A stretch of 64,000 bases of DNA from assembly GCA_009602735.1 (NCBI GenBank), contig WELA01000881.1, positions 132,861-196,860 on the forward strand. Direction: 5' to 3'. The notes under the pieces are model-generated. The model ran no database searches. It was given only the letters and a program-made list of their open reading frames with translations, and had not been told where the DNA came from. This DNA is from Mesotaenium endlicherianum (lineage: Eukaryota). The position numbers and the translations under genes were made by a program. Below, piece by piece: positions 27,960 to 40,500 of this stretch. The number at the start of each line of letters is the position of its first letter. The first letter of the stretch is position 1.

Positions 27960-30628
27960 ATTAAACTTTCATACACAATACTAATACAGTCTTGTCTTCC
28001 CACAGGTATTTCTTCTTTTATTTTTAATTAAAATAGTGAATTAATAATGTCCAAAAACTCTTTTTTTCCCAAATAACACATGAAATTATGCTTATAACCC
28101 ACGGTAATGAAAATTATAAATTCAACTGTCAATGCAGGCACCCATTAATAGTCACGTACACATGGCAAATACTACATACTGCATACAGCACCAAACATGA
28201 ACTATAGGAAAATATACGCGAGTCTTACAAAATTGTCAAAATCCCTAATTTTGCCTAGCTTCCTTTCTAGGTCCTACATCTAGGTGCTCTATAGCTCTAT
28301 TAGTATGATACATCTGAAAGCAAGGTGCTGCACAAAGGGAAACGTCACAACAAAAACACTTGTACTTCGTCTTCGTCGGCCTCTTCCCTGAGCTACGTTG
28401 GCCGTGAAGACCAGCAGCACACACCTTACAATACTTATACTTCTCATTAGGAATCCTAATAAGGAAAGTGCCTCCGAGTAAATCTACCTTCATGAGAAGG
28501 TAGAGCAGTAGTAATCCGTGTTACGGCTCTAAGAGGGCCAGCCTCATTAGGATGTTGAAATGAACACATCTCGTCCATGATATCTAAGTACGTCTCATAC
28601 CTATCAGCTTCATCATTGTCCATCTTTAGCATGATGAAAACATTTGCTAGCAAGCCATCCCAAATACCCCAATATGCTCGATGCCACCACTTTCTGTTGA
28701 CCAATACCCTCTCCGCACTATAGTTCCTCTTTAGACACAAACCATTATACTGGTCTACAGCATCCTTGTACAAATTATAATGCTCTACCAATTGAGGAGC
28801 AGGGATGACAAGCTTATCTTTACCATTACGCCTAGTCTGTGTAGTAGGGGCTAATCCTGCAGCTGTAGAAAGAAAAGCACAAGGTATCTTGTCTTGCCAC
28901 GTGCATGCTATCATAAGAGGATTCTCATTTATGACAGCCTTACAATGACCCTTAGAATGACTGTTAGGCTTCATCCACACATCATTAGCCGGGTAGTTCT
29001 TTCTATTAGTAATTACTGTGCCTGTAGCACCATGACCAAGTCTAGCTAATTGCTGAAACAAGTTAGGAGAGGTGAATTTTTTATCCACAACGAGGGTGAA
29101 CAATCTACCAATAGGGAGCATTGCTACAAGGTCTAGAACCACATCACTCTTCAAGCCATCTCTCCCCACTCTGTCATATATGATGAATGCATAACAAAAA
29201 TATGTGATAGCATCACATATAGTGAAGACTTCAATACCATACTTGTAAGGTTTGCTCGGGTTGTATATTCTAAAAGGACACTGCCTAATCCTAATAGGAA
29301 TGGTTCTCTCATCAATAGTCAAAGTCTCTTCTGGACTATAATATTTCCTGAATGTACTCAAGACAAGGTCAATGAAAGGCTTCAATTGCCATAGTTTGTA
29401 CTCTCTAGAGTTAGGAGGAAAACACATTCTATTCTGATTATCCTTCACATGAAAGCACCTTCTAATTTCTTTGAAACTGTTTATAGACATGAATCGGCCG
29501 AAGCTAGGAAGTGTAATGGGCCCTCTCAATAAGCACTTCCAATAACACTTGAGACTAGGAAGGGCATGCAAGCCCATAGCCATGCACAAGCCATGGAAGA
29601 TAACAATCTCAATAGAATTGCAAGGTATCCAACCCTTAGCCTGGTGCAAAGCAACATAAGCATTTGTCTCCTTTGCTAACTGTTCAAAGAACCGTATAGG
29701 CATGAGAAGACAAGGAACACCAAATAAAGATAGACCTCTAAAACTGTCACTGGCAGCTTCACTGTTAGAGTACAAGATCTTGCACTTTTCCTTGTCTCTC
29801 TCGTCTACTGCAATCTGTGTTGATCTGAATTTGCTTCACTCTGCAGGTGCTGCTATACTGTTACTTTTGGCCGGCCTTGCTCTCTTCCTCTTCTCGATTT
29901 GAGAAGAGGGCTCTCCACTATCATTCAAAGACCTCTCAGCAGAACCAAACTGTAAAGTGTTAGGCACTATAGACTCCTCTCTAAGTGTGTTTGTGGGCTG
30001 GCAATCCGGCTCTACTTCGCAAATTTGTTTGTACACACCCGCAGGTTTAGTTTCCTCAAAAACATCAAAAGACCTCAAATGAGACTCTACAAAGTCAGCA
30101 ATAAACAATATCTTCTTCCCATCATACAAGAACCTCACTGAATACTGCACATCACCATTCTTAGCCACGGATGTGTTCATGACCTCCCCCTTTAACAAGA
30201 ACTCCTCACAATCGTCCGCAAACTGCTGGTAAGCCCATCTACCGAAAAAAACTGATCTAACGTATATGAAGAGACATACGAAGACACCAGACGAAGTTTC
30301 ACCTGCAGCCATGGCGGATTGAGTAAGAAATGCTACGAAGAAGAAGAGGCTCTCCTTCTTCTTTCTTGCGAAAGTTAGCAGATTCGCTGTTTCATTTTTT
30401 GCTCACACCGGTTCAGAGGGTGTACGTTCTCACTCGTAACTTTGTGAAAACTTGTCGGATTTGGTTGCCAATTTAATCTTGGCTACTCGGTGACATTTGC
30501 AATCATTTAAGCTTAATTTTGGAGAAAATGGATAAATACACAGTAAATGGTGGCCTGTACTAGAGGGGGTCTCCAAATGCACCCAAATATGTCATAGCAC
30601 CCTATAGGGTGCACCGGGCCATCTGGTG
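27960..30628 (-). mobile_element. piggyBac-superfamily DNA transposon, one end retained
   Basis: On the - strand the right end reads TTAA|CACCAGATGGCCCGGTG (TTAA at 30629-30632). Contains a piggyBac transposase pseudogene. The matching left TIR was not found. Confidence 0.8.
28245..30312 (-). pseudogene. piggyBac transposase (DDD domain plus C-terminal Cys-rich domain), disabled
   Basis: Motifs TIDERTIP, YNPSKPYKYGI, VVDKKFTS, GATGTV..NR, WQDK, YNLYKDAVD, KWWHR and a C-terminal CKVC...CFCCDVSLCAAPCFQMYH. In-frame stop at 29836-29838 and a frameshift near 28465. Confidence 0.92.
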
Positions 30629-32159
30629 TTAAGGGCTTGTCAATCAGAGTGTGCAGGTGTATGTCAGATCTATATGATGTGGAGTACATTGCTGGTGATC
30701 TTTGCAGCAGAACAAAAAGATGTGTGAGAGATGTCAGAGCTGCAGCAGAGAAGTGCCGACCTCCGGCACAAGTTTGTCCATATCTATGAGAGATAGTGAG
30801 TGTGTCTGAGGTGTGTGTGAAGAACCTGAATGTGTATGGGAGAAGAGATGATGAGAAGCTGGACTTCAGAGGTAAGTGCAAAGTGCAGCTAAGAGTAGCT
30901 GGAGCTGAGGGTTTATGAGTAAGTAAGAATGGGGCAAGAGCGAGCTGCTGAGGGATAGCAGACATAGCAAGGAAGTGCAATGGGATGCAAGAGAGTATAT
31001 AGCAAGAGGGAGAAAAGATTGGTGAAGAGGAGAGGATGTCAAGAGAGACGGAGCAGGTACTCTTAAATTTAACTATAATGAGGCGAGAGGAAGTAGAGGA
31101 AGACGATTATTTCTAGGATTGAGATGTGTAAGTACAGAGAGATGAGTAATGGAGAGGGAAGTGTGTAGTAAAATGGAGCTATCATGGGTGTAAGGGTGAT
31201 ACATATTGAAGCGAAGATAGTGTGTGGAAGCAGTGAGTGTTGGCAGAATGCTGCAGATGAAGAATGTCACAGGCAGGAGTAGAAAGGTGAAGGTTGAAAA
31301 TGGAGGGTGGCTGCCTGTAGCTGCCTGGAGGATCTATTAGAGCCTAGTGTGAAGAGGTGTGAAGAGCAAGTGTTCAAAAAATGAGAAGAGATGCATTGGC
31401 TGAAGCGGAGCAGAGTAGAGTAGGCGTAGAGGATAAGAGAGCTTAATCTTTAATAAGCATTATAAATATTTGGTTGAGTGAGAGGAGATGAGAGAATAGA
31501 TGTAATTAAAAAGGCGCTATGTATGTGGTGAAAACTGGAAGTGAGAGAGTGTGTTGTGTTAAGAACTGGAGTGATTTTGAGTGTGATGGTGTGCTCTAAC
31601 TAAGAGTTGTTGAGAGTAAAAGAAAGTAGGAGCTGAGAGGGAGTGTTGAATATATTCAGCTTGCTACATTAATTTGTTTACATATTAGACTGATGGATTC
31701 AACACGTGCCTGAGTTGAGTGGTAGCTGTTTGGTCCATAGACAATGTCTTGTGGTCATGTAAGTGTGAGAGTCGATTGAGTTATAGGTCAACTCAGTTGA
31801 CTCATGTGTTGACTTAGCAGTCATGTGTTGAGTGATAGGTACCTCAAGTAGTTGAGGTTTGGGTGAAGCGTGACTTTAAAGGCTGCCGCAAAGCAAGCGG
31901 GTTAAATAGGCAAAACAATGTGTAAGCAAGTCAAGTGCGCTCTTGGAAGTAAGACAAAAGGGCTGTTGGAGACGTGAGTAATGGAGGCCGATGTGTATGT
32001 GCGTAGCCTTGTGCACTAATGTGTTAGTGTACGTGTGTAAGGGTGTATTACTGTGATAGTGATGCAACTTAGTGTGTGTAGAGCTGCAAATGATGCAGCT
32101 CGAGTGCGTGAGAGGAGCTAAGCATAGAGTGCCGCTCAAGTGGAGTCCTTTAGCTAATT

Positions 32160-33159
32160 GTCCATGGCAAGATCTTCACTGTATCATAGGCAATCCCCAT
32201 GGGCAAGCCCAAGGATTGCTTGGGGTTTGGGAGCATAAGGGGCATTGGGGTGTCAGGTTATTTTGTCTTTGGTCATATGTTGTACGTGTGCATGTTAACA
32301 TCTAATTTTGACCCTTTTTCATGTTTAATATTTCCGGATTTGTGTGAGATGACGCGGTGACGCGTCCATTATAGTTGTGAGAGGTTGATTGTGTTTTGTA
32401 TCCACTAGACTCAGCATTCGAGAGCCCCCTACTTATGCCGCGAGCTAACACCATTTTGGTGTTAGTTTTGTATGTCCGTTCCATGTAGTTTGAGCTTATG
32501 CTACTTCATGTGTCTATGCCATGTTATTGTGTATGTTTTTGTGATCATGCTTGCGTTTCTCTTTGCTAGCTCGTGGCTCGTATCAGTCACCAATTAAATA
32601 CCCTAAAGTCTTCACCCTCGTGCTTGAACTCGGCCATATCAAACTAGTCACCTCGCTGTAATCCGCGCTCTAAGAATCGGCCTTCTTGTTCCTCTATCGT
32701 ATACCTACAAACACGCTCAAGCCTTTCACACTAACCAATCAGTAGCTTTGAGCGATTAGTGTTATCTGTGAAAGGGGCGAAATCCGCTAATCATCTCTCA
32801 CGATTGTGAGAGCATATGCGGTGTGATTGTTTAGATGTGTGTGTCATCCCTCTTGTGTTGGGAACAGTGTTGGCGCACTACTTCTATTTAGGGGTTGGTG
32901 TTTGTGTAAGTTAAAATCCGGCCCGTCACTAGTGGATCCGAACGTTAGAATTATGTGGCGGTTAGGTGATTGTGTTACAACCCGTGTTGCACATATCAGT
33001 GTTAGCACAAAATGTTGTGATCTTGGATGTGTGAGAGCACGTTAGAATCCGCGACGCTCATTTGTGTGTTAGCATTGAGCGTAGGTAAGCTAGTATTGTT
33101 CGTTGCTAGCAGGGGGTACGTACGCGTTAGAATTTGCGCCAAACATTATGTGTGTTACA
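32160..33159 (+). other. Unassigned non-coding segment, possibly an LTR fragment
   Basis: Truncates the 31644 LTR. No ORF of note. Ends in TGTGTTACA and has short internal repeats (GTTAGAAT, TGTGTTACAA). Confidence 0.3.
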
Positions 33160-33215
33160 ATTTTCCCGCCACCACCGGCGGATCCAATTATTAGTGTTGT
33201 GTGTGTGTATCTTAG

Positions 33216-36200
33216 CTGGTGAAGGAGTGGCTTATCCATGTGCAGAAGCATTATGAGCCTAAGGAGGCAATTTTGGCGAATGGGTAGAGACTCAAGTGTG
33301 GTGCACCTACGAAAGCTATTCACGTGGAAGTACCCGGGCACCGGAGTAAGGAAGTTATGGAGCAGGTAGACTTAGGTCACCATGAGGTGATATTGGGCCG
33401 ACCATGGCTGAGAAAAGCCAACCCTCAAGTGCACTTGAGCACAAGACAAGTGAAGGTCCAAGGGCATGATGGTCGAATGGAGACAGCAAAACAAGTGGAG
33501 GTAGATACGACCACAAGTAACTGTCTTCTGTCGAGCCTGCAAGTTAAGAAGCTATGCAGGGCGAATCAGGTGAAGGAGATGTAACTTGTTTTGGTGGCCC
33601 AGGCCAAGTCATTAGATGGAGCAAGCGTGATTCCTAACAGCCAGGGCGGATGTGCATTGCAGGAGGAGCAAGTAGTGGTGTCGCAGGCAGCAGAATTTCA
33701 AACCGAGAGGACCCTGCTATTATTGCGGCAAGCTTGGACATCTGGCTCGAGACTGTTATGTGAAGGCGAAGCAACCTCAACAGCAGGAAAAAGGAGGACG
33801 CCAGTAAGTCGTTCTGGGGTATCTACTGGCGTGAAGACAAGAACTCACAAGGAGATTATCCCCAGGAGCCTGCCGAGAAGCGAAAGACGAGATGTTGACA
33901 AGCCTATCATTGTGGAAGGAGTGGTCGGCGGCAACAAGGCGAAGTATATGGTCGACAGTGGCTTAAGTGCAAACTTTGTGCACAAGAAGCTTGTGAAGGA
34001 GTGGCAAATTCATGTGCGGGGCACCAGAGTACTGAAGTTATGGAGCAGACAAAGTTAGGTCATCATGAGGTGATATTGGGCCGACCATGGCTCAGAAAAG
34101 CCAACCCTCAAGTGCACTGGAGCACAGGACAAGTGAAAGTCCAAGGACGTGATGGTCGAATGGAGACAGCGAAACAGGTGGAGGTAGATACGACCACAAG
34201 TAACTGTCTTTTGTCGAGCCTGCGAGTTAAGAAGCTATGCAGGGCGAATTAGGTGAAGGAGATGTACCTTGTTTCGGTGGCCCTGGCCAGGTCATCAGAT
34301 GGAGCAAGCGTGAATCATAACAGCCTGGGCGAATGTACATCGCCGGAGGAGCAAGTAGTGGTGTCTGATCCCCTTGCTCAGAAGGAGCAGAGCCCAACTG
34401 CTCAAGAGAAGAAGCCTGCTGAGATGCCTGCCCAAATTAAGGTGCTGTTGGAGGAGTTCAAGTGCGTATTTCCTGAGGAGCAACCTGCAGGATTGCCTCC
34501 ACAGAGACCTATGGAGCACAAGATCGAGTTGGAACTAGGGAGCAAGCCACCAGTGAGACCCGCCTATCTTCAATCGTTTGCGGAGTTGGATGAGTTGAAG
34601 AAGCAGCTCACAGAATTATTGAAGAAGGGATTCATCCGACCCAGCGAGTCTTCATTTGCAGCGCCAGTCTTATTGGATAAGAAGAAGGATGGGACTATGA
34701 GGATGTGTGTCGACTACCGGGCTCTCAACAAGGTCACCATCAAGAACAGGTACTCACTTCCACGAGTGGACGAGTTGATTGACAGGCTTGTGGGGGCGAA
34801 GTAATTCTCGAAGATCGATTTGAGGAGTGGCTACCACCAGGTACAAATTGCGGAAGGAAACGTTCAAAAGACTACTTTCAGGACTCGTTATGGGTTATTT
34901 GAGTTCACAGGTATGCCTTTTGGGTTGACTAATGCACCTGCTACGTTCATGGGACTCATGAATAGTATCTTCAGACCCTACTTGGACGAGTTTGTGGTGG
35001 TATTTTTGGAACACATCCTAATCTATTCGAAGACCTTGGAAGAGCATGTGGAGCATCTGAAGAAGGTGTTGGAGGTCTTAAGAACTCAGAAGCTATATGG
35101 GAAGATGAGCAAGTGTGACTTCTGTCTCAAAAAGGTTGAGGTATTTGGGCACATAGTGAGAGCTGAAGGAGTTATGGTGGAGCAAAAGAAGGTTCAAGCA
35201 ATCAGAGATTGGCGGAAACCTGTCAATATTCATCAACTCAGAAGTTTGCTGGGCAAGGCGAATTATTATCAACGTTTCATTGAAGGATTTTCCAAGGTGT
35301 GTGCACTGCTCACAGACATATTAAAGAAGCAGGAGAAGTGGCTATGGGGTGACAAGGAGCAGCAAGCTTTTGAGAAGATTAAGGAGCTGTTGACACAGGC
35401 CCCTATGTTGGCAGCAAGTCCTGAGCTTCCTTTCACGATTATCATGGACGCATCAAACTTCGCAGCGGGGGCCATTCTTCTCTAGGAAGAGGGAAAAGGA
35501 TTGCAACCTTTGGCATATGAGAGCAGGAAGTTGAGTCCTGCTGAGCAGAATTATGCAGCACACGAGCGGGAGATGTTGGCCATTATCCAGGCTTTGAGGA
35601 TTTGGCGATGTTATGTGGACGGCCGGAAGGTGTTCATAAAGACCGGCCACAAGAGCTTGGAGAAAATTTTAACGCAGCCAACGTAGACACCAAGATAAGA
35701 AAGGTGGATGGAGTTTGTGCAACAGTTCGACCACAAGATTGAGTACTTACCTGAAAAGATCAACCTGCACACGCTTTATCCAGGAGGCAGAGGAAGAGCA
35801 GGTCAAGCATGCTAACAAGCACAGGAGGGAAGTGACATTCCATGTGGGTGACAAAGTACTCTTGTCAACAGAGAATCTACCTTTCACGGGCAAAAGGACA
35901 CTACGGGCACGGTTCACAGGTCCCTTTGTGGTGCTCAAGCAGGTTAATCCAGTGACCTACAAGTTGCAGCTATCTTTAGGCTGGCGTATCCATGATGTGT
36001 TCCATGTCAATTGTTTGCGGCCATACGTTGACACGAATGGAGGACATCCATGGACGGCTACCTACACCGCCACCACCAGTCGAGATCGATGATGTATTGG
36101 AGTATGAAGTGGAGGCGATTATTGGCGATCAACAAGTCAAGCGAGGTCAACGACTTGTTTAAGAGTATCTGGTCACGTGGAAAGGCTACCACGCGGACGA

Positions 36201-37010
36201 CAACACTTGGGAGCCGGAGGCCAACTTGACTCATTGTAAGAGTAAGTTGAGACGTTATCTGCAGAATGCGTCGAGGACGTCGTATATTGAGGAGGGGAAT
36301 GATGTAAGGTCATAGGTTTATAAAAAGCATTTTTGAGTTCCATGAAAGTATGTATTGATTGCATTCAAGTGTATTTTTTTTTTCATTTCGATATAAAGTT
36401 CATCGGATTTGGTCAAGTATTGAGATACTTACAGATTTCTAAAGTTTAATTAGGTATGAGGTTGGTTGACGACTGTCCTTAATTCGCGGTGAGCGCGACC
36501 GTCGGATTGACCAACAACGTCGAGCAATCTGGGCCGTTAGAGTGAATTTGAACCTTCGAGTAATTTTGGCTGACGCGATGTGCCGACTAGGTCGATTTAC
36601 CTAGAAAATTCGGATTAGCCTAGCGCGTCTAAATTAGTATATTCTAGATATTTTGATGCATGCATGTGGACGTCAAATCGAATATTCCGGAAGGGACACT
36701 TTGACAAACACTTCAAAAATCCGTTGCTAAGCGGCCCTCTCGTCTAGAGAGGAGGACGTAGGTAAAAAAATTATAAATAAGCATATCCACTTCATTTCTT
36801 ATCCGTTTTTACTTCTGTGAATTCCTACGGGTTTGTAATGACAAGGCCTTCCATCCTGCATCATTTGTAAGCAGTTTCTTGCTACTAAAAATGTTGAGTA
36901 ATTTCCCTAAGCTTTCTTAGTGATATGCCGCTGCACTCTGTAGTATGATTGCAACCAGTTCCTTTCCTGGTGAGTTACTACGCTTCCACTAGGGCAATCT
37001 GCCTCTTTCA
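33216..37010 (+). mobile_element. Truncated, rearranged copy of the 18548-27959 chromovirus family; 3' LTR 36303-37010
   Basis: Protease, RT and RNase H peptides are near-identical to the - strand copy (YxDD site decayed to FLEH). Integrase core is deleted at ~35783. Chromodomain at ~36100-36260. PPT GAGGAGGGGAA precedes TGTAAGG at 36303. LTR is the reverse complement of 18548-19287. Confidence 0.93.
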
Positions 37011-37517
37011 GCAACCAAACTGAGAGTATGCTATCCATAATTGTTGAGTTGCTGCTCATAAGACCCCTGCCCCTCCCGCCGTCAGGCCAAATCCTGGCCG
37101 AGCGTCGAGCAGTCTGCTCAGCTTCCTCGGTCTTTTGACCTATTTGAGCCTGACTGTAACTTAGGACCCACTCATGCACGGCTGCCTGTTCGAGTTTTGG
37201 ATGCAGGAGTTCACGCTGAGGTTTCATGTACCTTAGTCATCCTCCCTGAGGACGTACCCGCGACTCAGCTCCGAGCCCATTTAGTGTGTGGTCACCTGCG
37301 CGCGGCCGGTGCTTCAGTCGAGCGGGACCTGCTATTGCCCCCTTCGTACGCCCGAGTGATGGCTGACGTGCCGTAACTTGCTAGTTAACCTTACCCTCTG
37401 ACGCCACCAAGCGCCAACAGCGGGTCCCTCCAGGCAGTACCCGTACCAGTCGTTACCGCTGATTCGCAGTTGATTACGTCGTCGTCCCTTGCATCTGTCT
37501 CTGTTGTTTGCCATGAT

Positions 37518-40500
37518 TGTTGTGATACTCTGTGAGACATAATATGTAAGCTTGCTTTTATTGTAATACTTTTGTATACTTTTAGAGTACTTTTGTGTGG
37601 ATCAAGTGTGAACAGATACTGTAGTAACTTGGTTTATGTCCTTTGAACCTTCTGAGGCATTTTTGAAGTTAGAGGAAGGACCTAAAAGAACTCCATGCGG
37701 CAAAAGTCAAATATGCCCTTTTTTGATCAAAAGCACACTTGTACTTTATTCTAGAAAGAGGTGGCAAATTTTGGAATGTATTGGGTGCCAACACATCAAC
37801 ATGCACCTTCCTCAATATTACTTCCGTAACAAGTATATATACAAGAGCTAGAGCATAGAAAGGCGTTCTAGAATCACTCTCGTTCATGTCAAAATCCAAA
37901 AATATATCAACTATCAAGAAGCCATCTCTCCTTCAAGAAGCTACCACTTCTCTTCCAAGATCCTTGTCTTGAATAGATGAAATATTATGATTCTAATTTT
38001 CTAAGTACTATATCTATCTGTTTCACTACAGTGGTAACAGAGCCAGGCACTTTGGTAGCACAAGAAAATGGCCGATGCTCAAGATCAACAACAAGCTTTT
38101 GAAGGTAGCTTTTCATCTCCAGAAGACCCTCCTTCAACGCCGACGAGAGTGCCCACTCAAGAAAATCTGCTACAACGAGCACCACACGGAGAAGCACCAT
38201 CGGATCCCGTGGCAGCCACTGTGGCAAAGTTGACCCCACAAGAAGTTTCTGCAAACGAGTGGGCAGCCTTCCTAATGACTATCCATAACAAAGTGGGCTT
38301 GGCCACCTATGAAGCAATCGTACAAGCTTCAAGAGAAGCTATGGCTACCATGGCTGCCCCTATTGCAAGCAACGCACAAAATTCAGGTCCGGCTCAAGTG
38401 CCTTCACAAAAGGCTACAAGAGCAAGGAAACTCATCAATCCCGGCAAACACGACACTTTCAACTCCGAGAAAGGAGCCAACTTGAATTTATGGCTCTACC
38501 AAGTGCATGCGTACCTCGCATTCCTTGAAGACTACATTTGATCTGCCATTACCTTATTCAGAGGAGCAGCAACATCATGGTGGCGTAACTATCAAGCAAT
38601 TTTATATCAAGCTTCGGCGCACCTCGTGCCCAGCCAAAAGCCCCCACTATCATATGCATAATGGGTAGATTTTTGTGAGGCCCTCAACAAGCAATTCATG
38701 CCCATCAATGTGGAGAAAATTGCCGGAGGAAAGTTCCACCACCTCAAGCAAATGACGTCTGTTCAAGATACATCCAGATTTCATGCCCTCACTCTTGAGA
38801 TCCCCAACATGTCTCTCAAGGAGAAGATTGATCACTACATCTTTGTTCTCAAATCCAAGGTGGCAAAGGAAGGGGAATTACGCGACTTGGAAGACTTCTC
38901 AAAGATCACTAAAGTGGCCCTAAAGGTGGATAGCTTGGATTTCAAGCATTCATTGCCTTCATCTTCACAAGCACCAACAACGCACGTGTATGCAGCCCCT
39001 TCCACATCTGAATTTGGAACCACACCCATGGAAATTGGAGGTATTGAAAGGGACCCCGTGGTTGCCCACAAGAGTGGAAGACCCTCCAATGACACTTATG
39101 ATACAAGAAACCAGCAAGGAGTGAAAGCAAGACTCTCCCCGGCTTGAAAAGTAGCTCTCATGACAGCTGGACTATGTTTTTATTATAAGGAGAAGGGCCA
39201 TCGTGCACTCTTGCGCTCCAAAACATTGTCCAACAACGGACAGCGCTGGTAGGCGAGGAGCCTACCACCCAAGACCCACTTTCCGAGAAGACAACAAGCC
39301 AAGTGAGGTGGAGACCCTTGTCAAAGACCACATTCCAACCCCAATGAGTTTAAGGGGTTACCTTGGAGGAGAGAAGGTCCACATCTTGGTGGATAGTGGA
39401 GCTCAAGGCAACTTCATCGCAGCAAATTTTGCCACCAAGCATGATATTACTATGCAAACTCTTGAAAATCCTATACCCTAAACCCTAAACCACAGCGAGG
39501 AGATTATGATGCACGACGGATCTCCTATACTACCCCTTTGAAGAAGACGTACTCCATGTCACTCTCTATCAAGTCCTTCAAGGATAGAGTAGGGATCTCC
39601 CCCATGCAAATGAACAAGTACAACGTCATCCTAGGGACGCCTTGGTTGACGAAGCACAACCCCTAAGTTGATTGGAGGGACGGTAGAATCAAGAACAAGA
39701 ACAACATCACTTCGAGAATCTGTATCTTGTGCACAATCCAAAATATCCAGACCCAAGACATCAAAATGCCGGCACACGAGAAACTAATGTCCGCCCTCCA
39801 ACTCAAGAGACTTGTGAGGAAGGGACACGAGCTTCTTTTGGCCTTGATCATGCCAAAAGACTAAAAGAAAGACATTGAGAGTCAAGAAGGCAGCCCCATT
39901 CTCAAGGAGATACAGGAAGTCTTGGAGGACTACAAAGAAGTATTTTCCTTGAAATTGCACGACATTTGAAGGAAGTCCTCGAAGTGTTGAAGCAAATCAA
40001 GCTATTCGCAAAGAAGTCAAATTGCAAGTTTGCTAAACACGAAATGAAGTTCCTAGGACTCCACCTGGCATCAAGATGGACCCCAAGAAGACCAGGTGGT
40101 GGAGGAATAACCAACCCCCACTACCAAAAAATCTGCAAATTGGTACAGGAGATTCATCCAGAGCGTCGCGCACATAGCAGCCCCCCTCATGGATTTAGGT
40201 AAGAAGGACAAGCCATATGTTTGGACCAAGAAAGAGAAGGAAGCATTCCAACAACTAAAGAAAAAATTGACGTCATCTCAGATGCTCGCACTCCCAAGTC
40301 CAAACCCAAATTGGCCCTTCCATATCATCACCGATGCATCCGCCCATATAATAGGAGCAATCATGCTCCAAGACGAAAGCAAGGGACTGCAGCCCATTGT
40401 GTAGTGAAATAGATAGATAAAGTACTTAGTGAAATATAGTACTTTATCTATTCGAGACAAGGATCTTTGAACACAAGTGGTAGCTTCTTGAAAGAGAGAT

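Larger units (their letters stand above)
16209..32158 (+). mobile_element. Non-coding (LARD-like) LTR retroelement hosting nested insertions; 5' LTR 16209-17023, partial 3' LTR 31644-~32158
   Basis: 16209-16730 aligns with 31644-32158. The 5' LTR ends ...CAACA, followed by an iMet-like PBS TGGTATTAGAGC (17024-17035). A PPT GAGAGGGAG (31635-31643) precedes TGTTG. Its own internal sequence (17036-18547, 30633-31634) is A/G-rich with no long + strand ORF. Confidence 0.75.

Noticed and set aside
37011..37517. Possible gag remnant on the - strand (CLEGPAVGAWWR)
   Set aside because: A single short motif in a broken frame is too weak to call.
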